Assembly: GCA_964016885.1 (NCBI GenBank)
Contig: OZ024741.1
Span: 414,780,001-414,844,000, forward strand
DNA: 64,000 nt
From: Eledone cirrhosa
Taxonomy: Eukaryota
Reading direction: 5' to 3'
Below, piece after piece: positions 15,001 through 33,000 of the stretch. Position numbers and translations under genes: made by a program. Under the pieces are notes generated by a model. The model did not search any database. It was given only the letters and a program-made list of their open reading frames with translations, and was not told the origin of the DNA. Numbering within the stretch: position 1 is the first letter of the stretch; each line of letters begins with the position of its first letter.

Positions 15001-18000
15001 ACCTACATCACACATACTTTGGTCTTACACTCTACAGAGTATAAGACACCAGGAGACCTACATCACACATACTTTGGTCTGACACTCTACCGAGTATAAG
15101 ACACCAGGAGACCTACATCACACATACTTTGGTCTTACACTCTACAGAGTATAAGACACCAGGAGACCTACATCACGCATACTTTGGTCTTACACTCTAC
15201 CGAGTATAAGACACCAGGAGACCTACATCACACGTACTTTGGTCTGACACTCTACCGAGTATAAGACACCGGGAGACCTACATCACACGTACTTTGGTCT
15301 CACACTCTACCGAGTATAAGACACCAGGAGACCTACATCACACATACTTTGGTCTTACACTCTACCGAGTATAAGACACCAGGAGACCTACATCACACGT
15401 ACTTTGGTCTGACACTCTACCGAGTATAAGACACCGGGAGACCTACATCACACATACATAGGTCTGACACTCTACCGAGTATAAGACACCGGGAGACCTA
15501 CATCACACATACTTTGGACTGACACTCTACCGAGTATAAGACACCAGGAGACGTACATCACACGTACTTTGGTCTCACACTCTACCGAGTATAACACACC
15601 GGGAGATCTACATCACACATACTTTGGTCTTACACTCTACCGAGTATAAGACACCAGCAGACCTACATCACACATACTTTGGTCTGACACTCTACCGAGT
15701 ATAACACACCAGGAGATCTACATCACACGTACTTTGGTCTGACACTCTACCGAGTATAAGACACCAGGAGATCTACATCACACATACTTTGGTCTGACAC
15801 TCTACCGAGTATAAGACACCAGGAGACCTACATTACACGGACTTTGGTCTCACACTCTACCGAGTATAAGACACCAGGAGACCTACATCACACGTACTTT
15901 GGTCTGACACTCTACCAAGTATAAGACACCAAGAGACCTACATCACACGTACTTTGGTCTGACACTCTACCGAGTATAAGACACCAGGAGACCTACATCA
16001 CACGTACTTTGGTCTGACACTCTACCGAGTATAAGACACCAGCAGACCTACATCACACATACTTTGGTCTTACACTCTACCGAGTATAAGACACCAGCAG
16101 ACCTACATCACACATACTTTGGCCTTACACTATACCGAGTATAAGACACCAGGAGACCTACATCACACATACTTTGGTCTGACACTCTACCAAGTATAAG
16201 ACACCAAGAGACCTACATCACACGTACTTTGGTCTGACACTCTACCGAGTATAAGACACCAGGAGACCTACATCACACGTACTTTGGTCTGACACTCTAC
16301 CGAATATAAGACACCAGGAGACCTACATCACACATACTTTGGTCTGACACTCTACCGAGTATAAGACACCAGGAGACCTACATCAGACGTACTTTGGTCT
16401 GACACTCTACCGAGTATAAGACACCAGGAGAACTACATCACACGTACTTTGGTCTGACACTCTACCGAGTATAAGACACCAGGAGACCTACAGAACACAT
16501 ACTTTGGTCTGACACTCTACCGAGTATAAGACACCAGAAGACCTACATCACATACTTTGGCCTTACACTCTACCGAGTATAAGACACCAGAAGACCTACA
16601 TCACACATACTTTGGTCTTACACTCTACCGAGTATAAGACACCAGCAGACCTACATCACACATACTTTGGTCTTACACTCTACCGAGTATAAGACACCAG
16701 CAGACCTACATCACACATACTTTGGTCTTACACTCTACCGAGTATAAGACACCAGCAGACCTACATCACACATACTTTGGCCTTACACTCTACCGAGTAT
16801 AAGACACCAGGAGACCTACATCACACATACATAGGTTTAAAACTCTACCGAGTATAAGACACCAGGAGACCTACATCACACATACTTTGGTCTTACACTC
16901 TACCGAGTATAAGACACCAGGAGACCTACATCACACGTACTTTGGTCTGACACTCTACCAAGTATAAGACACCAGGTGACCTACATCACACGTACTTTGG
17001 TCTCACACTCTACCGAGTATAAGACACCAGTAGACCTTCAGCACACATACTTTGGTATGACACTCTACCGAGTATAAGACACCAGGAGACCTACATCACA
17101 CGTACATTGGTCTGACACTCTACCGAGTATAAGACACCAGGAGACCTACAGCACACATACTTTGGTCTGACACTGTACCGAGTATAAGACACCAGGAGAC
17201 CTACATCACACATACTTTGGTCTTACACTCTACCGAGTATAAGACACCAGGAGACCTACATCACACATACATAGCTTTAACACTCTACCGAGTATAAGAC
17301 ACCAGGAGACGTACATCACACATACTTTGGTCTTACACTCTACCGAGTATAAGACACCAGGAGACCTACATCACACATATTTTGGTCTTACACGCTACAG
17401 AGTATAAGACACCAGGAGACCTACATCACACATACTTTGGTCTGACACTCTACCGAGTATAACACACCAGGAGACCTACATCACACGGACTTTGGTCTCA
17501 CACTCTACCGAGTATAAGACACCAGGAGACCTACATCACACATACTTTGGTCTGACACTCTACCGAGTATAAGACACCAGGAGACCTACATCACACATAC
17601 TTTGGTCTGACACTCTACCGAGTATAAGACACCAGGAGAGCTACATCACACATACTTTGGTCTGACACTCTACCGAGTATAAGACACCAGGAGACCTACA
17701 TCATACGTATTTTGGTCTGACACTCTACCGAGTATAAGACACCAGTAGACCTACATCACACATACTTTGGTCTGACACTCTACCGAGTATAAGACACCAG
17801 GAAACCTACATCACAGGTATTTTGGTCTGACACTCTACCGAGTATAAGACACCAGGAAACCTACATCACACGTATTTTGGTCTTACACTCTACCGAGTAT
17901 AAGACACCAGGAGACCTACATCACACATACTTTGGTCTGACACTCTACCGAGTATAAGACACCAGGAGACCTACATCACACATACATAGGTTTAACACTC

Positions 18001-21000
18001 TACCGAGTATAAGACACCAGGAGACCTACATCACACATACTTTGGTCTGACACTCTACCGAGTATAAGACACTAGAAAACCTACATCACAGGTATTTTGG
18101 TCTGACACTCTACCGAGTATAAGACACCAGGAAACCTACATCACACGTATTTTGGTCTGACACTCTACCGAGTATAAGACACCAGGAGACCTACATCACA
18201 CATACTTTGGTCTGACACTCTACCGAGTATAAGACACCAGGAGACCTACATCACACATACTTTGGTCTGACACTCTACCGAGTATAAGACACCAGGAGAC
18301 CTACATCACACATACTTTGGTCTTACACTCTACCGAGTATAAGACACCAGGAGACCTACATCACACGTACTTTGGTCTGACACTCTACCGAGTATAAGAC
18401 ACCAGGAGACCTACATCACACATACTTTGGTCTGACACTCTACCAAGTATAAGACACCGGGAGACCTACATCACACGTACTTTGGGCTGACACTCTACCG
18501 AGTATAAGACACCAGGAGGCCTACATCACACGTACATAGGTTTAACACTCTACCGAGTATAAGACACCAGGAGACCTACATCACACATACTTTGGTCTGA
18601 CACTCTACCGAGTACAAGACACCAAGAGACCTACATCACACGTACTTTGGTCTGACACTCTACCGAGTATAAGACACCAGGAGACCTACATCACACGTAC
18701 TTTGTTCTGACACTCTACCGAGTATAAGACACCAGGAGACCTACATCACACATACTTTGGTCTGACACTCTACCGAGTATAAGACACCAGGAGACCTACA
18801 TCACACGTACTTTGGTCTGACACTGTACCGAGTATAAGACACCAGGAGACCTACATCACACATACTTTGGTCTGACACTCTACCAAGTATAAGACACCAA
18901 GAGACCTACATCACACGTACTTTGGTCTGACACTCTACCGAGTATAAGACACCAGGAGACCTACATCACACGTACTTTGGTCTGACACTCTACCGAATAT
19001 AAGACACCAGGAGACCTACATCACACATACTTTGGTCTGACACTCTACCGAGTATAAGACACCAGGAGACCTACATCAGACGTACTTTGGTCTGACACTC
19101 TACCGAGTATAAGACACCAGGAGAACTACATCACACGTACTTTGGTCTGACACTCTACCGAGTATAAGACACCAGGAGACCTACAGAACACATACTTTGG
19201 TCTGACACTCTACCGAGTATAAGACACCAGAAGACCTACATCACACATACTTTGGCCTTACACTCTACCGAGTATAAGACACCAGAAGACCTACATCACA
19301 CATACTTGGGTCTTACACTCTACCAAGTATAAGACACCAAGAGACCTACATCACACGTACTTTGGTCTGACACTCTACCGAGTATAAGACACCAGCAGAC
19401 CTACATCACACATACTTTGGTCTTACACTCTACCGAGTATAAGACACCAGCAGACCTACATCACACATACTTTGGCCTTACACTCTACCGAGTATAAGAC
19501 ACCAGGAGACCTACATCACACATACTTTGGTCTTACACTCTACCGAGTATAAGACACCAGGAGACCTACATCACACGTACTTTGGTCTGACACTCTACCG
19601 AGTATAAGACACCAGGAGACCTACATCACACGTACTTTGGTCTGACACTCTACCAAGTATAAGACACCAGGTGACCTACATCACACGTACTTTGGTCTCA
19701 CACTCTACCGAGTATAAGACACCAGTAGACCTTCAGCACACATACTTTGGTATGACACTCTACCGAGTATAAGACACCAGGAGACCTACATCACACGTAC
19801 ATTGGTCTGACACTCTACCGAGTATAAGACACCTGGAGACCTACAGCACACATACTTTGGTCTGACACTGTACCGAGTATAAGACACCAGGAGACCTACA
19901 TCACACATACTTTGGTCTTACACTCTACCGAGTATAAGACACCAGGAGACCTACATCACACATACATAGGTTTAACACTCTACCGAGTATAAGACACCAG
20001 GAGACCTACATCACACGGACTTTGGTCTCACACTCTACCGAGTATAAGACACCAGGAGACCTACATCACACATACTTTGGTCTGACACTCTACCGAGTAT
20101 AAGACACCAGGAGACCTACATCACACGTACTTTGGTCTGACACTCTACCGAGTATAAGACACCAGGAGAGCTACATCACACATACTTTGGTCTGACACTC
20201 TACCGAGTATAAGACACCAGGAGACCTACATCATAAGTATTTTGGTCTGACACTCTACCGAGTATAAGACACCAGTAGACCTACATCACACATACTTTGG
20301 TCTGACACTCTACCAAGTATAAGACACCAGGAAACCTACATCACAGGTATTTTGGTCTGACACTCTACCGAGTATAAGACACCAGGAAACCTACATCACA
20401 CGTATTTTGGTCTTACACTCTACCGAGTATAAGACACCAGAAGACCTACATCACACATACTTTGGTCTGACACTCTACCGAGTATAAGACACCAGGAGAC
20501 CTACATCACACATACATAGGTTTAACACTCTACCGAGTATAAGACACCAGGAGACCTACATCACACATACTTTGGTCTGACACTCTACCGAGTATAAGAC
20601 ACTAGGAAACCTACATCACAGGTATTTTAGTCTGACACTCTACCGAGTATAAGACACCAGGAGACCTACATCACACATACTTTGGTCTGACACTCTACCA
20701 AGTATAAGACACCGGGAGACCTACATCACACGTACTTTGGGCTGACACTCTACCGAGTATAAGACACCAGGAGACCTACATCACAGGTATTTTGGTCTGA
20801 CACTCTACCGAGTATAAGACACCAGGAGACCTACATCACACATACTTTGGTCTGACACTCTACCGAGTATAAGACACCAGGAGACCTACATCACACATAC
20901 ATAGGTTTAACACTCTACCGAGTATAAGACACCAGGAGACCTACATCACACATACTTTGGTCTGACACTCTACCGAGTACAAGACACCAAGAGACCTACA

Positions 21001-24000
21001 TCACACGTACTTTGGTCTGACAATCTACCGAGTATAAGACACCAGGAGACCTACATCACACGTACTTTGTTCTGACACTCTACCGAGTATAAGACACCAC
21101 GAGACCTACAGCACACATACTTTGGTCTGACACTCTACCGAGTATAAGACACCAGGAGACCTACATCACACATACTTTGGTCTTACACTCTACCGAGTAT
21201 AAGACACCAGGAGACGTACATCACACATACATAGGTCTGACACTTTACCGAGTATAAGACACCGGGAGACCTACATCACACATACATAGGTCTGACACTC
21301 TACCGAGTATAAGACACCAGGAGACCTACATCACACATACTTTGGTCTGACACTCTACCGAGTATAAGACACCAGGAGACGTACATCACATGTACTTTGG
21401 TCTCACACTCTACCGAGTATAACACACCGGGAGATCTACATCACACATACTTTGGTCTTACACTCTACCGAGTATAAGACACCGGGAGACCTACATCACA
21501 CATACTTTGGTCTGACACTCTACCGAGTATAAGACACCAGGAGACCTACAGCAGACATACTTTGGTCTGACACTCTACCGAGTATAACACACCAGGAGAT
21601 CTACATCACACGTACTTTGGTCTGACACTCTACCGAGTATAAGACACCAGGAGACCTACATCACACATACTTTGGTCTGACACTCTACCGAGTATAAGAC
21701 ACCAGGAGACCTACATCACACGTACTTTGGTCTGACACTCTACCGAGTATAACACACCAGGAGACCTACATCACACGTACTTTGGTCTGACACTCTACCG
21801 AGTATAAGACACCAGGAGACCTACATCACACATACTTTGGTTTTACACTCTACCGAGTATAAGACACCAGGAGACCTACATCACACGTACATAGGTTTAA
21901 CACTCTACCGAGTATAAGACACCAGGAGACCTACACCACACATACTTTGGTCTGACACTCTACCAAGTATAAGACACCAGGAGACCTACATCACACATAC
22001 TTTGGTCTGACACTCTACCGAGTATAAGACACCAGGAGACCTACATCACACATACTTTGGTCTGACACTCTACCGAGTAGAAGACACCGGGAGACCTACA
22101 TCACACATACATAGGTCTGACACTCTACCGAGTATAAGACACCGGGAGACCTACAGCACACGTACTTTGATCTGACACTCTACCGAGTATAAGACACCCG
22201 GAGATCTACATCACACATACTTTGGTCTGACACTCTACCGAGTATAAGACACCAGGAGACCTACATCACGCATACTTTGGTCTGACACTCTACCAAGTAT
22301 AAGACACCAGGAGATGTACATCACACATACATAGGTCTGACACTCTACAGAGTATAAGACACCAGGAGACCTACATCACACGTACTTTGGTCTGACACTC
22401 TACCGAGTATAACACACCAGGAGACCTACTTCACACGTACTTTGGTCTGACACTCTACCGAGTATAAGACACCAGGAGACCTACATCACACGTACTTTGG
22501 TCTGACACTCTACCGAGTATAAGACACCAGGAGACCTACATCACACGTACTTTGGTCTGACACTCTACCGAGTATAAGACACCAGGAGACCTACATCACA
22601 CGTACTTTGGTCTGACACTCTACCGAGTATAAGACACCCGGAGACCTACATCACACGTACTTTGGTCTCACACTCTACCGAGTATAAGACACCAGGAGAC
22701 CTACAGCACACATACTTTGGTCTGACACTCTACCGAGTATAAGACACCAGCAGACCTACATCACACATACTTTGGTCTTACACTCTACCGAGTATAAGAC
22801 ACCAGCAGACCTACATCACACATACTTTGGCCTTACACTCTACCGAGTATAAGACACCAGGAGACCTACATCACACATACATAGGTTTAACACTCTACCG
22901 AGTATAAGACACCAGGAGACCTACATCACACATACTTTGGTCTTACACTCTACCGAGTATAAGACACCAGGAGACCTACATCACACGTACTTTGGTCTGA
23001 CACTCTACCGAGTATAAGACACCAGGAGACCTACATCACACGTACTTTGGTCTGACACTCTACCAAGTATAAGACACCAGGTGACCTACATCACACGTAC
23101 TTTGGTCTCACACTCTACCGAGTATAAGACACCAGTAGACCTTCAGCACACATACTTTGGTATGACACTCTACCGAGTATAAGACACCAGGAGACCTACA
23201 TCACACGTACATTGGTCTGACACTCTACCGAGTATAAGACACCTGGAGACCTACAGCACACATACTTTGGTCTGACACTGTACCGAGTATAAGACACCAG
23301 GAGACCTACATCACACATACTTTGGTCTTACACTCTACCGAGTATAAGACACCAGGAGACCTACATCACACATACATAGGTTTAACACTCTACCGAGTAT
23401 AAGACACCAGGAGACGTACATCACACATACTTTGGTCTTACACTCTACCGAGTATAAGACACCAGGAGACCTACATCACACATATTTTGGTCTTACACGC
23501 TACAGAGTATAAGACACCAGGAGACCTACATCACACATACTTTGGTCTGACACTCTACCGAGTATAAGACACCAGGAGACCTACATCACACGGACTTTGG
23601 TCTCACACTCTACCGAGTATAAGACACCAGGAGACCTACATCACACATACTTTGGTCTGACACTCTACCGAGTATAAGACACCAGGAGACCTACATCACA
23701 CGTACTTTGGTCTGACACTCTACCGAGTATAAGACACCAGGAGAGCTACATCACACATACTTTGGTCTGACACTCTACCGAGTATAAGACACCAGGAGAC
23801 CTACATCATAAGTATTTTGGTCTGACACTCTACCGAGTATAAGACACCAGTAGACCTACATCACACATACTTTGGTCTGACACTCTACCAAGTATAAGAC
23901 ACCAGGAAACCTACATCACAGGTATTTTGGTCTGACACTCTACCGAGTATAAGACACCAGGCAACCTACATCATACGTATTTTGGTCTTACACTCTACCG

Positions 24001-27000
24001 AGTATAAGACACCAGGAGACCTACATCACACATACTTTGGTCTGACACTCTACCGAGTATAAGACACCAGGAGACCTACATCACACATACATAGGTTTAA
24101 CACTCTACCGAGTATAAGACACCAGGAGACCTACATCACACATACTTTGGTCTGACACTCTACCAAGTATAAGACACCAAGAGACCTACATCACACGTAC
24201 TTTGGTCTGACACTCTACCGAGTATAAGACACCAGGAGACCTACATCACACGTACTTTGGTCTGACACTCTACCGAATATAAGACACCAGGAGACCTACA
24301 TCACACATATTTTGGTCTGACACTCTACCGAGTATAAGACACCAGGAGACCTACATCAGACGTACTTTGGTCTGACACTCTACCGAGTATAAGACACCAG
24401 GAGAACTACATCACACGTACTTTGGTCTGACACTCTACCGAGTATAAGACACCAGGAGACCTACATCACACATACTTTGGTCTGACACTCTACCGAGTAT
24501 AAGACACCAGAAGACCTACATCACACATACTTTGGTCTGACACTCTACCGAGGATAAGACACCAGGAGACCTACATCACACATACTTTGGCCTTACACTC
24601 TACCGAGTATAAGACACCAGCAGACCTACATCACACATACTTTGGTCTTACACTCTACCGAGTATAAGACACCAGAAGACCTACATCACACATACTTTGG
24701 TCTTACACTCTACCGAGTATAAGATACCAGCAGACCTACATCACACATACTTTGGTCTTACACTCTACCGAGTATAAGACACCAGCAGACCTACATCACA
24801 CATACTTTGGTCTTACACTCTACCGAGTATAAGACACCAGCAGACCTACATCACACATACTTTGGCCTTACACTCTACCGAGTATAAGACACCAGGAGAC
24901 CTACATCACACATACATAGGTTTAACACTCTACCGAGTATAAGACACCAGGAGACCTACATCACACATACTTTGGTCTTACACTCTACCGAGTATAAGAC
25001 ACCAGGAGACCTACATCACACGTACTTTGGTCTGACACTCTACCGAGTATAAGACACCAGGAGACCTACATCACACATACATTGGTCTGACACTCTACTG
25101 AGTATAAGACACCAGGAGACCTACATCACACATACTTTCGTCTCACACTCTACCGAGTATAAGACACCAGTAGACCTTCAGCACACATACTTTGGTATGA
25201 CACTCTACCGAGTATAAGACACCAGGAGACCTACATCACAAGTACATTGGTCTGACACTCTACCGAGTATAAGACACCAGGAGACCTACAGCACACATAC
25301 TTTGGTCTGACACTGTACCGAGTATAAGACACCAGGAGACCTACATCACACATACTTTGGTCTTACACTCTACCGAGTATAAGACACCAGGAGACCTACA
25401 TCACACATACATAGGTTTAACACTCTACCGAGTATAAGACACCAGGAGACGTACATCACACATACTTTGGTCTTACACTCTACCGAGTATAAGACACCAG
25501 GAGACCTACATCACACATATTTTGGTCTTACACGCTACAGAGTATAAGACACCAGGAGACCTACATCACACATACTTTGGTCTGACACTCTACCAAGTAT
25601 AAGACACCAGGAGACCTACATCACACGGACTTTGGTCTCACACTCTACCGAGTATAAGACACCAGGAGACCTACATCACACATACTTTGGTCTTACACTC
25701 TACCGAGTATAAGACACCAGCAGACCTACATCACACGTACTTTGGTCTGACACTCTACCGAGTATAAGACACCAGGAGAGCTACATCACACATACTTTGG
25801 TCTGACACTCTACCGAGTATAAGACACCAGGAGACCTACATCATACGTATTTTGGTCTGACACTCTACCGAGTATAAGACACCAGTAGACCTACATCACA
25901 CATACTTTGGTCTGACACTCTACCGAGTATAAGACACCAGGAAACCTACATCACAGGTATTTTGGTCTGACACTCTACCGAGTATAAGACACCAGGAAAC
26001 CTACATCACACGTATTTTGGTCTTACACTCTTCCGAGTATAAGACACCGGGAGACCTACATCACACATACTTTGGTCTGACACTCTACCGAGTATAAGAC
26101 ACCAGGAGACCTACATCACACATACATAGGTTTAACACTCTACCGAGTATAAGACACAAGGAGACCTACATCACACATACTTTGGTCTGACACTCTGCCG
26201 AGTATAAGACACCAGGAAACCTACATCACAGGTATTTTGGTCTGACACTCTACCGAGTATAAGACACCAGGAGACCTACATCACACATACTTTGGTCTGA
26301 CACTCTACCAAGTATAAGACACTGGGAGACCTACATCACACGTACTTTGGGCTGACACTCTACCGAGTATAAGACACCAGGAGGCCTACATCACACATAC
26401 ATAGGTTTAACACTCTACCGAGTATAAGACACCAGGAGACCTACATCACACATACTTTGGTCTGACACTCTACCGAGTATAAGACACCAAGAGACCTACA
26501 TCACACGTACTTTGGTCTGACACTCTACCGAGTATAAGACACCAGGAGCCCTACATCACACGTACTTTGTTCTGACACTCTACCGAGTATAAGACACCAG
26601 GAGACCTACATCACACATACTTTGGTCTGACACTCTACCGAGTATAAGACACCAGGAGACCTACATCACACATACTTTGGTCTTACACTCTACCGAGTAT
26701 AAGACACCAGGAGACGTACATCACACATACATAGGTCTGACACTCTACCGAGTATAAGGCACCAGGAGACCTACATCACACATGCTTTGGTCTGACACTC
26801 TACCGAGTATAAGACACCAGGAGACGTACATCATACGTACTTTGGTCTTACACTCTACCGAGTATAAGACACCAGGAGACCTACATCACACATACTTTGG
26901 TCTTACACTCTACAGAGTATAAGACACCAGGAGACCTACATCACACATACTTTGGTCTGACACTCTACCGAGTATAAGACACCAGGAGACCTACATCACA

Positions 27001-30000
27001 CATACTTTGGTCTTACACTCTACAGAGTATAAGACACCAGGAGACCTACATCACGCATACTTTGGTCTTACACTCTACCGAGTATAAGACACCAGGAGAC
27101 CTACATCACACGTACTTTGGTCTGACACTCTACCGAGTATAAGACACCGGGAGACCTACATCACACGTACTTTGGTCTCACACTCTACCGAGTATAAGAC
27201 ACCAGGAGACCTACATCACACATACTTTGGTCTTACACTCTACCGAGTATAAGACACCAGGAGACCTACATCACACGTACTTTGGTCTGACACTCTACCG
27301 AGTATAAGACACCGGGAGACCTACATCACACATACATAGGTCTGACACTCTACCGAGTATAAGACACCGGGAGACCTACATCACACATACTTTGGACTGA
27401 CACTCTACCGAGTATAAGACACCAGGAGACGTACATCACACGTACTTTGGTCTCACACTCTACCGAGTATAACACACCGGGAGATCTACATCACACATAC
27501 TTTGGTCTTACACTCTACCGAGTATAAGACACCAGCAGACCTACATCACACATACTTTGGTCTGACACTCTACCGAGTATAACACACCAGGAGATCTACA
27601 TCACACGTACTTTGGTCTGACACTCTACCGAGTATAAGACACCAGGAGATCTACATCACACATACTTTGGTCTGACACTCTACCGAGTATAAGACACCAG
27701 GAGACCTACATTACACGGACTTTGGTCTCACACTCTACCGAGTATAAGACACCAGGAGACCTACATCACACGTACTTTGGTCTGACACTCTACCAAGTAT
27801 AAGACACCAAGAGACCTACATCACACGTACTTTGGTCTGACACTCTACCGAGTATAAGACACCAGGAGACCTACATCACACGTACTTTGGTCTGACACTC
27901 TACCGAGTATAAGACACCAGCAGACCTACATCACACATACTTTGGTCTTACACTCTACCGAGTATAAGACACCAGCAGACCTACATCACACATACTTTGG
28001 CCTTACACTATACCGAGTATAAGACACCAGGAGACCTACATCACACATACTTTGGTCTGACACTCTACCAAGTATAAGACACCAAGAGACCTACATCACA
28101 CGTACTTTGGTCTGACACTCTACCGAGTATAAGACACCAGGAGACCTACATCACACGTACTTTGGTCTGACACTCTACCGAATATAAGACACCAGGAGAC
28201 CTACATCACACATACTTTGGTCTGACACTCTACCGAGTATAAGACACCAGGAGACCTACATCAGACGTACTTTGGTCTGACACTCTACCGAGTATAAGAC
28301 ACCAGGAGAACTACATCACACGTACTTTGGTCTGACACTCTACCGAGTATAAGACACCAGGAGACCTACAGAACACATACTTTGGTCTGACACTCTACCG
28401 AGTATAAGACACCAGAAGACCTACATCACATACTTTGGCCTTACACTCTACCGAGTATAAGACACCAGAAGACCTACATCACACATACTTTGGTCTTACA
28501 CTCTACCGAGTATAAGACACCAGCAGACCTACATCACACATACTTTGGTCTTACACTCTACCGAGTATAAGACACCAGCAGACCTACATCACACATACTT
28601 TGGTCTTACACTCTACCGAGTATAAGACACCAGCAGTCCTACATCACACATACTTTGGCCTTACACTCTACCGAGTATAAGACACCAGGAGACCTACATC
28701 ACACATACATAGGTTTAAAACTCTACCGAGTATAAGACACCAGGAGACCTACATCACACATACTTTGGTCTTACACTCTACCGAGTATAAGACACCAGGA
28801 GACCTAGATCACACGTACTTTGGTCTGACACTCTACCGAGTATAAGACACCAGGAGACCTACATCACACGTACTTTGGTCTGACACTCTACCAAGTATAA
28901 GACACCAGGTGACCTACATCACACGTACTTTGGTCTCACACTCTACCGAGTATAAGACACCAGTAGACCTTCAGCACACATACTTTGGTATGACACTCTA
29001 CCGAGTATAAGACACCAGGAGACCTACATCACACGTACATTGGTCTGACACTCTACCGAGTATAAGACACCAGGAGACCTACAGCACACATACTTTGGTC
29101 TGACACTGTACCGAGTATAAGACACCAGGAGACCTACATCACACATACTTTGGTCTTACACTCTACCGAGTATAAGACACCAGGAGACCTACATCACACA
29201 TACATAGCTTTAACACTCTACCGAGTATAAGACACCAGGAGACGTACATCACACATACTTTGGTCTTACACTCTACCGAGTATAAGACACCAGGAGACCT
29301 ACATCACACATATTTTGGTCTTACACGCTACAGAGTATAAGACACCAGGAGACCTACATCACACATACTTTGGTCTGACACTCTACCGAGTATAACACAC
29401 CAGGAGACCTACATCACACGGACTTTGGTCTCACACTCTACCGAGTATAAGACACCAGGAGACCTACATCACACATACTTTGGTCTGACACTCTACCGAG
29501 TATAAGACACCAGGAGACCTACATCACACATACTTTGGTCTGACACTCTACCGAGTATAAGACACCAGGAGAGCTACATCACACATACTTTGGTCTGACA
29601 CTCTACCGAGTATAAGACACCAGGAGACCTACATCATACGTATTTTGGTCTGACACTCTACCGAGTATAAGACACCAGTAGACCTACATCACACATACTT
29701 TGGTCTGACACTCTACCGAGTATAAGACACCAGGAAACCTACATCACAGGTATTTTGGTCTGACACTCTACCGAGTATAAGACACCAGGAAACCTACATC
29801 ACACGTATTTTGGTCTTACACTCTACCGAGTATAAGACACCAGGAGACCTACATCACACATACTTTGGTCTGACACTCTACCGAGTATAAGACACCAGGA
29901 GACCTACATCACACATACATAGGTTTAACACTCTACCGAGTATAAGACACCAGGAGACCTACATCACACATACTTTGGTCTGACACTCTACCGAGTATAA

Positions 30001-33000
30001 GACACTAGAAAACCTACATCACAGGTATTTTGGTCTGACACTCTACCGAGTATAAGACACCAGGAAACCTACATCACACGTATTTTGGTCTGACACTCTA
30101 CCGAGTATAAGACACCAGGAGACCTACATCACACATACTTTGGTCTGACACTCTACCGAGTATAAGACACCAGGAGACCTACATCACACATACTTTGGTC
30201 TGACACTCTACCGAGTATAAGACACCAGGAGACCTACATCACACATACTTTGGTCTTACACTCTACCGAGTATAAGACACCAGGAGACCTACATCACACG
30301 TACTTTGGTCTGACACTCTACCGAGTATAAGACACCAGGAGACCTACATCACACATACTTTGGTCTGACACTCTACCAAGTATAAGACACCGGGAGACCT
30401 ACATCACACGTACTTTGGGCTGACACTCTACCGAGTATAAGACACCAGGAGGCCTACATCACACGTACATAGGTTTAACACTCTACCGAGTATAAGACAC
30501 CAGGAGACCTACATCACACATACTTTGGTCTGACACTCTACCGAGTACAAGACACCAAGAGACCTACATCACACGTACTTTGGTCTGACACTCTACCGAG
30601 TATAAGACACCAGGAGACCTACATCACACGTACTTTGTTCTGACACTCTACCGAGTATAAGACACCAGGAGACCTACATCACACATACTTTGGTCTGACA
30701 CTCGACCGAGTATAAGACACCAGGAGACCTACATCACACGTACTTTGGTCTGACACTGTACCGAGTATAAGACACCAGGAGACCTACATCACACATACTT
30801 TGGTCTGACACTCTACCAAGTATAAGACACCAAGAGACCTACATCACACGTACTTTGGTCTGACACTCTACCGAGTATAAGACACCAGGAGACCTACATC
30901 ACACGTACTTTGGTCTGACACTCTACCGAATATAAGACACCAGGAGACCTACATCACACATACTTTGGTCTGACACTCTACCGAGTATAAGACACCAGGA
31001 GACCTACATCAGACGTACTTTGGTCTGACACTCTACCGAGTATAAGACACCAGGAGAACTACATCACACGTACTTTGGTCTGACACTCTACCGAGTATAA
31101 GACACCAGGAGACCTACAGAACACATACTTTGGTCTGACACTCTACCGAGTATAAGACACCAGAAGACCTACATCACACATACTTTGGCCTTACACTCTA
31201 CCGAGTATAAGACACCAGAAGACCTACATCACACATACTTGGGTCTTACACTCTACCAAGTATAAGACACCAAGAGACCTACATCACACGTACTTTGGTC
31301 TGACACTCTACCGAGTATAAGACACCAGCAGACCTACATCACACATACTTTGGTCTTACACTCTACCGAGTATAAGACACCAGCAGACCTACATCACACA
31401 TACTTTGGCCTTACACTCTACCGAGTATAAGACACCAGGAGACCTACATCACACATACATAGGTTTAACACTCTACCGAGTATAAGACACCAGGAGACCT
31501 ACATCACACATACTTTGGTCTTACACTCTACCGAGTATAAGACACCAGGAGACCTACATCACACGTACTTTGGTCTGACACTCTACCGAGTATAAGACAC
31601 CAGGAGACCTACATCACACGTACTTTGGTCTGACACTCTACCAAGTATAAGACACCAGGTGACCTACATCACACGTACTTTGGTCTCACACTCTACCGAG
31701 TATAAGACACCAGTAGACCTTCAGCACACATACTTTGGTATGACACTCTACCGAGTATAAGACACCAGGAGACCTACATCACACGTACATTGGTCTGACA
31801 CTCTACCGAGTATAAGACACCTGGAGACCTACAGCACACATACTTTGGTCTGACACTGTACCGAGTATAAGACACCAGGAGACCTACATCACACATACTT
31901 TGGTCTTACACTCTACCGAGTATAAGACACCAGGAGACCTACATCACACATACATAGGTTTAACACTCTACCGAGTATAAGACACCAGGAGACCTACATC
32001 ACACGGACTTTGGTCTCACACTCTACCGAGTATAAGACACCAGGAGACCTACATCACACATACTTTGGTCTGACACTCTACCGAGTATAAGACACCAGGA
32101 GACCTACATCACACGTACTTTGGTCTGACACTCTACCGAGTATAAGACACCAGGAGAGCTACATCACACATACTTTGGTCTGACACTCTACCGAGTATAA
32201 GACACCAGGAGACCTACATCATAAGTATTTTGGTCTGACACTCTACCGAGTATAAGACACCAGTAGACCTACATCACACATACTTTGGTCTGACACTCTA
32301 CCAAGTATAAGACACCAGGAAACCTACATCACAGGTATTTTGGTCTGACACTCTACCGAGTATAAGACACCAGGAAACCTACATCACACGTATTTTGGTC
32401 TTACACTCTACCGAGTATAAGACACCAGAAGACCTACATCACACATACTTTGGTCTGACACTCTACCGAGTATAAGACACCAGGAGACCTACATCACACA
32501 TACATAGGTTTAACACTCTACCGAGTATAAGACACCAGGAGACCTACATCACACATACTTTGGTCTGACACTCTACCGAGTATAAGACACTAGGAAACCT
32601 ACATCACAGGTATTTTAGTCTGACACTCTACCGAGTATAAGACACCAGGAGACCTACATCACACATACTTTGGTCTGACACTCTACCAAGTATAAGACAC
32701 CGGGAGACCTACATCACACGTACTTTGGGCTGACACTCTACCGAGTATAAGACACCAGGAGACCTACATCACAGGTATTTTGGTCTGACACTCTACCGAG
32801 TATAAGACACCAGGAGACCTACATCACACATACTTTGGTCTGACACTCTACCGAGTATAAGACACCAGGAGACCTACATCACACATACATAGGTTTAACA
32901 CTCTACCGAGTATAAGACACCAGGAGACCTACATCACACATACTTTGGTCTGACACTCTACCGAGTACAAGACACCAAGAGACCTACATCACACGTACTT